This document shows positions 7,982 through 16,915 of a stretch of 27,436 nucleotides of DNA, piece after piece. Position 1 is the first letter of the stretch; each line of letters starts with the position of its first letter. Under the pieces are notes generated by a model. That model was given only the letters and a program-made list of their open reading frames with translations, did not search any database and was not told the DNA's origin. Both the position numbers and the translations under genes were made by a program. Origin of the DNA: an uncultured Halanaerobiaceae bacterium (GTDB lineage Bacteria; Bacillota; Halanaerobiia; Halanaerobiales; DATFIM01); NCBI GenBank assembly GCA_964609745.1, contig CAZSTU010000002.1, positions 1 through 27,436 of the forward strand, in the 5' to 3' direction.

Positions 7982-10225
7982 TTAAGTTTGGTCTTTAATT
8001 TTATCTCTGTATTGACCTGGTGTGATCCCCACTAATTTTTTAAAAGTAGCATAATAATGACTTTTAGACTGAAAACCAGCATTCTTTCCAATATCTGTTA
8101 CATTCATATCCGTATTTTTCAGTAATTCTTTAACTTTTTCTACCCTTTCCTGAAGTATATAATCAGATATTGAAAAATTTAATGTATCTTTAAATATCTG
8201 GCGAACATAGTTTGAAGATAAGGAAACATGATCTGCTATATCATCAATATTAAGCATTGGGTCTGTTAGATTATATCTAATATATTCAATGATTTCCATT
8301 GAAACTTTTTCTTTCCTGCTATGATTTTCATTTTGGTTTAATTTGTTAATTATTTCTAACAACTCTCCTCTTAGCCACTTTTTAAATTCTGTTAGGTTTT
8401 TAAATTTATTTAACTGTATTTCTATAGCCTCATAATCATCCACAGAAGATAATTTATTAAAACTTTTAAAAATATTATACAATAAATAAGTCATATGAAA
8501 TTGGCATTGGTCAGGTGTCAATTCTCGAAAGTTATTCGTTAATTGTTCTAATATTGTGTTAACTTTTTCTTTTTCACAAAGCCTAACTGCAACTATTAAC
8601 TCATTTACCATAGAATCATTCGGTAGTGGTTTAAGTAATTTATGGTATTCTTTAAAATCTTTTTCTTTGTATATTTTGTCTTCTCCACTGATGAATTTTA
8701 ATAGGCTTAATTCATAAACTTTTTTATAGATATGTTTGACATTTGTGTTTTGTTCTTTTAAATTACTGATAGCTATTGTAACTTTTATACCAATAAATTT
8801 TTCTATATTATCTATAACCTGATTTAATTTATCACTTAAATCTATTTCGTGATCCTGATTACAGGCGATTATCAGGGCTATATGATCACTTCCAAAATCT
8901 ATTCCTCTGATTTCTCTTTCTGAAGTATTCAGCAGATCTTCACTAATGTTTTCCATAGCATATTTCCATAATCGTCTAGAGGAAAAATCATTCTTCTCTA
9001 TAAACTTTGCATATGCCTCAATCCTAATTACAGCTACCCGAATGTATTTGAAGGACAACACGGAAGTTTGTTCATTTAGCTTTTCGCGAATAGAATTTGT
9101 AAGTTCTCCCTGTTGTAACCACTGTTTAAGATAATATTCATTAACTAATCTCCTATTATCCCTTAACTCACTATTCATCTGGTTTATATTCTCTGTTAAT
9201 AAATCAAATGTATTTTTAAATAAATTGTGCTCTTCAATACAATTTAATTCATCGTGTTTTAACACATTTTTATAACGATTTTTTATCTGACTGGCCAGGG
9301 TAACAATTGGTTTATATGCCTTTTTAGAACTTAAATAAATAGCAAGGCCAAGAATTATTACTATTATTATAGTATAAATTAAAATATTCCTTCTAAAAAT
9401 ATAAATATTCTTTTCAAAATTTTCTAAATGGGTCATATAATATATACTCCATCCATAAGTTTCCATATAACTTTTATTGATATGCCATTTTTCATCATTT
9501 GAATTTATTATATTATTATCTAAATAATTATTAGTGAAAATTAAATCATTACTATCCCCTAATATTAACTGCCCTTTATTATTTGTTATATTAACTTTTG
9601 TATCACCACTACTTTTATTTCCCAGTATATAATCATTAAGAAGTTCATTATCCAGTAATACTACCATATAACCATAAATATTTTTTCGAGAAGGTGTTGC
9701 AGGTAAAACTAAAGCTAAATATTTTTTATCTTCTATTTGGTGAGTAATATAATTTAAGCTTGATGGAGGATTATTAAGTACCCTATCTAATATTTTCTGA
9801 TCATAAAAATTATCAAAGTTATATAAGCTATTTTCTGTTTTTCTTTCCAATATCTGTCTGCTAGTTAAGTTTATCAAATATACATTATATATATATTCTT
9901 CCGTAATCATAAAATTATCTACTGTATTTTTAGCTTGTGTAAAATATATCCAATCTTTTGCATGTTCTGGATAAAACCACTCCTGAATATCTGGATCCTG
10001 ATAAAATTTAAGACTATAACTTTTTAATTTTCTTAGTATAAAATCAATATTTTCCTCAATCTGCCCGAGTTTATTTTCATTAAATTCATTAATTTGTGAA
10101 TAAGCATATTCTGAAAATATAAATGATAATAAATAAGAAAAGCCTAGTAAAACTACGACCATAATAATTGTTAATATTAGAAAAAGGCGAAAGTAAGTTT
10201 TTTTAAAGATATTTTTATTCAGCAT
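7982..10225 (-). CDS. Membrane-anchored AraC-family regulator with extracytoplasmic sensor domain (YtdP/YesS-like)
   Basis: Two hydrophobic segments flanking a sensor region; C-terminal AraC HTH (IDDIADHVSLSSNYV..GFQSKSHYYATFKKLVGITPGQYR); SD GAGGGTG. Confidence 0.92.
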   Translation of the reverse strand: MLNKNIFKKTYFRLFLILTIIMVVVLLGFSYLLSFIFSEYAYSQINEFNENKLGQIEENIDFILRKLKSYSLKFYQDPDIQEWFYPEHAKDWIYFTQAKNTVDNFMITEEYIYNVYLINLTSRQILERKTENSLYNFDNFYDQKILDRVLNNPPSSLNYITHQIEDKKYLALVLPATPSRKNIYGYMVVLLDNELLNDYILGNKSSGDTKVNITNNKGQLILGDSNDLIFTNNYLDNNIINSNDEKWHINKSYMETYGWSIYYMTHLENFEKNIYIFRRNILIYTIIIVIILGLAIYLSSKKAYKPIVTLASQIKNRYKNVLKHDELNCIEEHNLFKNTFDLLTENINQMNSELRDNRRLVNEYYLKQWLQQGELTNSIREKLNEQTSVLSFKYIRVAVIRIEAYAKFIEKNDFSSRRLWKYAMENISEDLLNTSEREIRGIDFGSDHIALIIACNQDHEIDLSDKLNQVIDNIEKFIGIKVTIAISNLKEQNTNVKHIYKKVYELSLLKFISGEDKIYKEKDFKEYHKLLKPLPNDSMVNELIVAVRLCEKEKVNTILEQLTNNFRELTPDQCQFHMTYLLYNIFKSFNKLSSVDDYEAIEIQLNKFKNLTEFKKWLRGELLEIINKLNQNENHSRKEKVSMEIIEYIRYNLTDPMLNIDDIADHVSLSSNYVRQIFKDTLNFSISDYILQERVEKVKELLKNTDMNVTDIGKNAGFQSKSHYYATFKKLVGITPGQYRDKIKDQT

Positions 10226-10266
10226 GTGTCCACCCTCTTATTTTTTGTTTCTGTATATTCTGACTT

Positions 10267-10872
10267 TTATTCACTTTCAGCATACCGGGAGAATTTATCC
10301 CTTATTAAATACATAATCCAGAAGGAATATATACTCATAATAAATAATATAAAATAACCTTCCCACATTAATAAATAATAAAGACCAGGAAATACGGCAA
10401 TACATAAAATAGTTGTAATAATGTGACGATGAGCTATAAAAAAAGCAGCTTTAAATCCATTAATAACCGTTATATGATGTCGCGCTAGAAGTGGAAATAT
10501 ATAAATTCCTACTATAACCAGTTCAATTAATATAAAAAATTGAACTATTGCTATATATTTACTTAAATTACCTAATAAATAGAGGTTTCTAATATTAATA
10601 GAAATTACTATGAAACCTACTACTAACATCAGCCATATAATACTTGCTTGTTTAAAATTATTCTTAAAACTTTGCCAGAAAGGCTTTAGTAAATAATTTT
10701 TATATTCACCTCTTATTATCTTATCTGTAATATAAAATAATGCAGTAGTAGATGCACCAATAGTTACTAGTGGAATACTAAATATTAACCACAAAAAATT
10801 TAAGATTAATAACTGATATATTACTTTAAAAATCTTATATAATGGTCCATCAATACTAAATAAATTGCCCAT
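10267..10872 (-). CDS. yesL: YesL/DUF624-family integral membrane protein
   Basis: LNFLWLIFSIPLVTIGASTTAL..FWQSFKNNFKQ signature; ATG 10872 with SD GAGGTG preferred over GTG 10881. Confidence 0.85.
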   Translation of the reverse strand: MGNLFSIDGPLYKIFKVIYQLLILNFLWLIFSIPLVTIGASTTALFYITDKIIRGEYKNYLLKPFWQSFKNNFKQASIIWLMLVVGFIVISINIRNLYLLGNLSKYIAIVQFFILIELVIVGIYIFPLLARHHITVINGFKAAFFIAHRHIITTILCIAVFPGLYYLLMWEGYFILFIMSIYSFWIMYLIRDKFSRYAESE

Positions 10873-10942
10873 GATTATCACCTCTTATAATGAACTGAAT
10901 GATATTTTTATAAGTCCTATTTTCTGCTATTCAGTTAGTTCG

Positions 10943-10971
10943 TTGACAAAATTTTCAAACCTTTATATAAT
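10943..10971 (+). promoter_or_regulatory. Consensus sigma70/sigmaA promoter on the plus strand with no downstream gene
   Basis: TTGACA (10943-10948), 17 bp, TATAAT (10966-10971). Confidence 0.6.
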
Positions 10972-11525
10972 AACTGAATTCTAAAAAATAGAGTATATTG
11001 GCTTTCAATATCATAGAATCCATACACTAGATATCATTTTCAAAATCAGCAAATTATAAAAAATTCAGATAGTTCATTTAAAAAAATTCAAGTAATTACA
11101 ACTTAATAATATCATATTTAAGACCGAAAGCCTAATTTAAAAAGCTTCGTTTTAGTAACTTTTTTGTGAATTCATTACATTTAATATTATTTTAGACTTT
11201 CCTCGATTCAATAATTATATAAACTAATTAGATACTGGAGTTTAGTTAGATCATCTATAGCTACTTATCTAATATCCAAATCGATCAGACTGTTTTAATT
11301 AAGGATGTAATCACAGCTCGAGGTTTAATTTTTAAGTAATTAAATAACATCCAATGTTTTTATTTTCAACAAGTATACAACTAACATAAAACTCTGTGAT
11401 AACATACTTTATTTAACCAGCTTTAGCAAGCACTTCATAATCAATATTTTCTGATAATTTACTGACTTACTCAGGTATATTAATATTTTTGATATCTTTA
11501 TTCATAAAGTGCAAACCTTATTTAC

Positions 11526-11556
11526 CGGGATTTAAATAAAGAATATTCAAATCCCG
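11526..11556. terminator. Hairpin downstream of the YicI-like GH31 gene
   Basis: CGGGATTT...AAATCCCG outer stem extended by 4 more pairs after one mismatch; weak U-tract. Confidence 0.45.
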
Positions 11557-11684
11557 ATTATAAGGAATTCTTCTATTTTAAACAAACATTTTCGTTGAAA
11601 ATAGAATTTGAATTTTCTTGACTATTTTTATGCAATACTAATGAAAATATCTATAATAAACCATTATAAACAATCATTTTGTGG

Positions 11685-14162
11685 TTATTGTTTTTTTATC
11701 CATCTAACATCAAGCTTATTACCAGACACTTTATGCTCTATACTAAAACCAAATTTTTCTTTTTTAAATGAAATATTATGTCCATTTACCAAAACATTAT
11801 TTATCTGTTTTTCGGTATGAACATAGATTTTAAAAATATGATTACCTACTTCGTCTATACTCAGTAAATTTTCCTTAAGTATAATATTGAAAGACTCATT
11901 ATCATCATAATATAGAAATTCACTTTGTTTATTCCCGGGAACCAATAATAGACTTATTGGATCATAGGCTTTTTCATCCACATGCTGCATTAGAGGGCCC
12001 ATAGGTATAATGGCACCACTACGAAGATATATAGGTATTTTATCAACATCCATATTAATCTTAATCCATTTCCCGCCTTCAATCCTTTCCCTTGTCCAGA
12101 AATCATACCATTTTCCTTCAGGAAAATAAACCTTTCTTTCTCCTCCTTTTTTATATATCGGTGCAACCATAATATATGGCCCAAACATAAATTGGTCATC
12201 CATAGTATGTACATTATGATCTTCTTCAAATTCAAGGGGCATCGGTCTCATAAATGGAACTTTATTTTCTACACTTTGATAAGCACTGGAATATATATAT
12301 GGTATAAGTCTATATCTTAGATTGAGCATTTTCCGCGCCATGTCCATATCTACAGGTCCAAGATTAAAAGGCTCACATTTACCGCCTCCGTGATTTCTGG
12401 GATGTGATGTAAAAAGACCCTGCTGTAACCAACGCAGATATAATTCTTTGTCATCTTCTTTTCCTGAAAGGCTCCCCATATCATGGCTCCAGAAATAAAA
12501 ACCACTTAACATAAGTGACAGACCACCTGTAAGCTGAGGAATCAGATTATCATAAATAGCGGTCGGGTCTCCCCCCCAGTGAACAGGATAACGCTGACAT
12601 CCAGCCCAGGTTGAACGGCTCCATATAATTGGTCTATCATAAAATTCTTTAGCAACATCAAAGACTATAGTATTATACAAAAGCGGATAAGCATTGTGCA
12701 TCTTACGAGCAGGTATACCATTATAATACTCAGCATCTATAGTAGGTGCTCCCTCACCAAAATCAGTTTTAATTACATCATACCCCATCCTGAACAAATG
12801 CCTTAATTTTTCCTTGAACCACTCTACAAACTCAGGGTTTGATACATCAAATGTTCCCCATTTAAGTACCTGAAAATTGTCAAAACCTTCTTCCTGAAGA
12901 CTGGGTTTTTCTTCTGACTTTAACTTAGATAAATATTCCCTGTCCTCAAGAAAATATCCTTTATCTCTGGCCTCTTTGAACAACTTATTGCGTTCATCTA
13001 TATAAGGCATCAGCCAGAGAGACAAATGAACTCCTTTATCATTCATTCGTTCTGCAAATTCTACCGGATCAGGGAAGCTTTCTTTTCCAAATTCAAGGTC
13101 ACATACCCATTCCCTGTCAAACCATCCAACATCCAGATGTAGAACATCAAATGGTAGTTTATTGTTCCGCATTTTTTCAACAACCTCACTGGCTTCAGCA
13201 TCAGAGTGGTATGTATATTTACTTAGCCAGAACCCAAAAGACCATTTAGGAGGTAGGGGTACATTTCCAGTCAGATCATTATAACCTGCTATTACCTGTT
13301 TCATATTTTCGCCTAATATTATATAATAATCCATAAATTCTTCTTCTACTGCCAGTATATTTCTTACATTAGATATTGTTCCTAGCCAGAAAGTCATAGG
13401 TGCATGACTATTTACATATATCCCATAACCCTTAGAACTAAGATAAAAAGGTATTGGTTTATAAGTTCTTCTTGACATACTACCCAGAGCATCCTGTGTC
13501 CATAAATCAATAGTCTGATATCTTTTATCAAGTCCAATAAAATTTTCACCAAAACCATAAATATGTTCATTGTGATCTAACTTGAAAGAATCTACTGCAA
13601 TTGTTGCATCTACATCTTCAGGTAGATATTCATGCTTGGTACCGTGTGGAAAGGTTATATCAAGTGGTTTATCCCCTCCCCTGACAATACCCAGATTAGG
13701 TGCATCAAGAGGTTTGAAATGATTATCATCACCACCCGATGAACGAAATTTTTTAATTCCATTTCTATCAAATATCTCCAGTCGATAAGGTTCTTTTGTT
13801 ATAAGTAGTTTGTAGATACCTGTATCAATCACAAATTCATTTTCATTTTCTATAAAGTCATAGCTTGCTCCACTAAATTTCCCCACTACCATCGGTGTAT
13901 CGTTCTCAGGAACTTCGCTGCTTTCAGCAAAACGTATACGAAACATATCTTTTCGCTCGATATCAATCCGTAAAGTTTTCTCTCCTACTATTTTTTTTCT
14001 GTCTTCTTCAGCAAACATGTCAGGACCTGAAGTTTGCCCACCTTTATGCCTATAAACACAATCAGCATTAAAAATTACTGATTTTTTATTTTTCCCTTTC
14101 AGGCTTATCTTTTCTACTCCATTATGATGATAAGAATGGTTTTCAAGTATTCTAGTATACAT
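11685..14162 (-). CDS. GH31 alpha-xylosidase-like (YicI-type) glycoside hydrolase
   Basis: IYGFGE, KPIPFYLS, WSFGFWLS, IKTDFGE (nucleophile), HWGGD, WSHDMG; ATG 14162 with SD GGAGGT. Confidence 0.9.
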   Translation of the reverse strand: MYTRILENHSYHHNGVEKISLKGKNKKSVIFNADCVYRHKGGQTSGPDMFAEEDRKKIVGEKTLRIDIERKDMFRIRFAESSEVPENDTPMVVGKFSGASYDFIENENEFVIDTGIYKLLITKEPYRLEIFDRNGIKKFRSSGGDDNHFKPLDAPNLGIVRGGDKPLDITFPHGTKHEYLPEDVDATIAVDSFKLDHNEHIYGFGENFIGLDKRYQTIDLWTQDALGSMSRRTYKPIPFYLSSKGYGIYVNSHAPMTFWLGTISNVRNILAVEEEFMDYYIILGENMKQVIAGYNDLTGNVPLPPKWSFGFWLSKYTYHSDAEASEVVEKMRNNKLPFDVLHLDVGWFDREWVCDLEFGKESFPDPVEFAERMNDKGVHLSLWLMPYIDERNKLFKEARDKGYFLEDREYLSKLKSEEKPSLQEEGFDNFQVLKWGTFDVSNPEFVEWFKEKLRHLFRMGYDVIKTDFGEGAPTIDAEYYNGIPARKMHNAYPLLYNTIVFDVAKEFYDRPIIWSRSTWAGCQRYPVHWGGDPTAIYDNLIPQLTGGLSLMLSGFYFWSHDMGSLSGKEDDKELYLRWLQQGLFTSHPRNHGGGKCEPFNLGPVDMDMARKMLNLRYRLIPYIYSSAYQSVENKVPFMRPMPLEFEEDHNVHTMDDQFMFGPYIMVAPIYKKGGERKVYFPEGKWYDFWTRERIEGGKWIKINMDVDKIPIYLRSGAIIPMGPLMQHVDEKAYDPISLLLVPGNKQSEFLYYDDNESFNIILKENLLSIDEVGNHIFKIYVHTEKQINNVLVNGHNISFKKEKFGFSIEHKVSGNKLDVRWIKKQ

Positions 14163-14215
14163 ATTTATAACCTCCATTTATAAGTCAAATTAACTGCGAA
14201 ATTTTTATTTTTTTT

Positions 14216-16642
14216 TTAAACACCCATGTTTACAGTTACATTGATCCTCTTTTTACCTTCTAATATAGATGAAGATATCAAAGGATTATTAACAATATCT
14301 ATAGCTTGATCATCAATAGTTATGGACTTTACACCTTTGCTTATTCCCTGTGGTTTAATTACCTTAATGATCAATTTACAACCACGGAACTTTCTTACAG
14401 CTTCATAGCCATTCCAGTCTGATGGTAAACAGGGGTCTATTACAAGTCCTTCTGGCTCAGGTCTTATACCCAGTAAATACTGAGTGGATGCAATATCCAT
14501 CCATGCTGCCGTGCCTGTTACCTGAGTCACATTAGCCCAGCCGTGTCTGACATTTTCCGGTCCAAAAATAGTACTTACATAAGCATATGGTTCAGCAGTA
14601 TAACGTTTTAACCCTATATTTTGAAGTGCTACATGAGGTATAAGCTGACGATAATACTTCCAGGCATTTTCAGCCCTTCCCAGTATCGCTTCGGCAATAA
14701 TTGCCCAACTATTCGCATGACAAAATATACCAGCATTTTCTGCACACCCCGGTGGTAAACCCTTAACAGCAGGATTATCTGTTTCTGGCCAGGTAGGAAA
14801 TCCAGGTGTATTAATTCGAATACCTATCGGGGAGTCCAGATGTTTTTTTACCGAATCCATTCCCTGGGTTAATTGGGATTTAGGTGAAACATCCCCCATA
14901 ACTGCCCAACTTTGTGTGTTTAACCATATCATTCCATTGCTGTCATTATGCGTACCAACAGGTTCCCCCTCATCATCATAACCTCTCAGCCACCATTCAC
15001 CATCCCAGCCGTATTTATTAATTGCCTCAGTCTGTTTATCAATAAGAAATTGCAATTTTTTTACATCTAACTTTTTATTGTTTAATAAAGCTAATTTTTT
15101 TAACATTTTTAATATATAAACATACTGTTGAGCGACAAATAATGTCTCACCTCGGCCTTCTCTGCCGTAACTACCAAAATGATCATTCCAGTCACTAACA
15201 AGTATTAATGGTAGACTGTGTCGTCCCTTATGATTTTCAGTAAATTCAACACCTCGTAATAAGTGTTCCCATATACTAACTTTATTTGAAGTAGTTTTCA
15301 AATCTCTGGATAAAAACGGCACCTTTTTATCCAGAATACTAAAGTCTCCTGTTTCACTGATAATAGCATAAGCAAGCATAACCATCCATAAATGATTATC
15401 AGATCTGGTTGATATCTGGGGAGGCTTCTTTTCTTCCGGCCATGACTGATGAACGGTGTGACCTTCTTCAAATTGCATAGTGGCTTGATAAAACAACATT
15501 TTTTTGGCCCAATCAGGTTTTCTATATGCCTGTGCGAGCATGTCCTGACAGGTATCCCTGAATCCAATTCCCCTTTCTCCTGATGCACTTGAGCTGATAG
15601 ATCTAGAGTATCTTCCTGTATGAACAGATTGCATAGGATTCCAGGTATTAATTTGTCTCTGTACGTCATTATCTGGAACATTGCATTGAAGAACTGAAAG
15701 GTGCTCATCCCACCATGCTTTATTTTTCTGCTTCTGTTTTTCTATATAGCCCGGAGTTTTTAATTTCGATAGTATATTAGCAGTTTGTTCTAAAACCTTT
15801 TGAAGGTTTTTCATTGCTCCCGGGACCACTCCCAGATAATAATAAACCTTTTTTGTTTCGCCTGGTTCTAAAATAATCTTTGAATGAAGAGCAGAGCATC
15901 CTTCCCCTCCACGTAAGGAAGTATTATCACAAATACCCTCTTCTACTAATGCTGGATCTCTTTCATCTCGATAAAATCCACAAAATTCATCTCTGCTGCA
16001 TGAGTAACTCTTTAACTTCTGGTTTGTTGCCATGAAGGTAAGAGGGGAATCTTCTTTTCTTGGTTGAAACTCATAATGATTTAGATAAGTCAAAGCATCT
16101 AATTTTTCATTATATTCTACTCTTACCATCCATTTATTATAATATCCTGAACTAACTTCCTTCATAAACATATGTTGTGAAAACTCTACATAAGAAAAAA
16201 GATCAAGCTCCTGTTTTGCGTCACTTTTATTCTCAAGATCTAGATCCCAGATAAGCACATCATGATCAGGTGCCATAAAAAAAGTTAAATTGGCTCTAAT
16301 ATTATCTTTTTCAGCCTTAAAACTGGTAAAACCAGGGGTGTGTTCTGATTGCCAGGAATCCAGTGAAGTCTCACATGGTCTAAAACTAGGGCTCCAAGTG
16401 GTACCAGCACTATTTTTTATATAAAGGTAAAACCCAGGTGAATCTATAGGAAGATTATACATTCTATAACGAGTTATCCTAAATATCATAGGCGTACGCC
16501 ACCACATAAGTCCCCCTCCAGCCTGAGACACAAATGCATGTAAAGAGCCATTAGATAAATAGTTTATCCAGGGCCTGGGCATATTGTGTTTATTAAAAAC
16601 TATTTTTCTTTTTTCGTCATTAAATTTATATGGCAGTTTCAT
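14216..16642 (-). CDS. GH94 glycoside phosphorylase (cellobiose/chitobiose phosphorylase-like, divergent)
   Basis: PRPWINYL, GIGFRDTCQD, DWND, ENAGIFCHANSWAIIAE, TGTAAW motifs. Confidence 0.9.
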   Translation of the reverse strand: MKLPYKFNDEKRKIVFNKHNMPRPWINYLSNGSLHAFVSQAGGGLMWWRTPMIFRITRYRMYNLPIDSPGFYLYIKNSAGTTWSPSFRPCETSLDSWQSEHTPGFTSFKAEKDNIRANLTFFMAPDHDVLIWDLDLENKSDAKQELDLFSYVEFSQHMFMKEVSSGYYNKWMVRVEYNEKLDALTYLNHYEFQPRKEDSPLTFMATNQKLKSYSCSRDEFCGFYRDERDPALVEEGICDNTSLRGGEGCSALHSKIILEPGETKKVYYYLGVVPGAMKNLQKVLEQTANILSKLKTPGYIEKQKQKNKAWWDEHLSVLQCNVPDNDVQRQINTWNPMQSVHTGRYSRSISSSASGERGIGFRDTCQDMLAQAYRKPDWAKKMLFYQATMQFEEGHTVHQSWPEEKKPPQISTRSDNHLWMVMLAYAIISETGDFSILDKKVPFLSRDLKTTSNKVSIWEHLLRGVEFTENHKGRHSLPLILVSDWNDHFGSYGREGRGETLFVAQQYVYILKMLKKLALLNNKKLDVKKLQFLIDKQTEAINKYGWDGEWWLRGYDDEGEPVGTHNDSNGMIWLNTQSWAVMGDVSPKSQLTQGMDSVKKHLDSPIGIRINTPGFPTWPETDNPAVKGLPPGCAENAGIFCHANSWAIIAEAILGRAENAWKYYRQLIPHVALQNIGLKRYTAEPYAYVSTIFGPENVRHGWANVTQVTGTAAWMDIASTQYLLGIRPEPEGLVIDPCLPSDWNGYEAVRKFRGCKLIIKVIKPQGISKGVKSITIDDQAIDIVNNPLISSSILEGKKRINVTVNMGV

Positions 16643-16694
16643 TATTTATACACTTCCTTTTCTATTTATACAATTTTTACATTTCCTTCTTTGT

Positions 16695-16790
16695 TTATAC
16701 ACAGGCAGCCATTGTCTCCTGATCTTTTAAGTCATCACCCTGACTTTCCATTACTCTCCCCCAGCGCGGATCACGAACTAAATCAGCCAT
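16695..16790 (-). pseudogene. GH3 beta-glucosidase sliver with internal deletion
   Basis: MADLVRDPRWGRVMES joined to QGDDLKDQETMAACV*. DxxRDPRWGR and AACxKH are GH3 motifs normally separated by more residues. Confidence 0.8.
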
Positions 16791-16871
16791 CTGCAGTCCA
16801 AAGTCACTGTAAAACTGTCCGATCAGATTGGAAATGACAACCACTCCTTCTATTCGGGCAGATTCTAATCT
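16791..16871 (-). pseudogene. Possible carbohydrate ABC permease sliver fused to the GH3 sliver
   Basis: ESARIEG (EAA-loop-like) then IGQFYSDFGL, resembling LGRIFNGDFGM in the intact permease at 21517-22428. Confidence 0.4.
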
Positions 16872-16915
16872 CAATTATTATTCAAAATATAGACTATTTT
16901 GTTTACAAGGACGTC

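Noticed and set aside
11685-14162. Either GH31 as a sulfoquinovosidase because of the nearby sulfatase and GRE
   Set aside because: The nucleophile motifs are IKTDFGE and FKLDECD rather than the WMADFGE-type YihQ motif, and no sulfoglycolysis genes are in the window.
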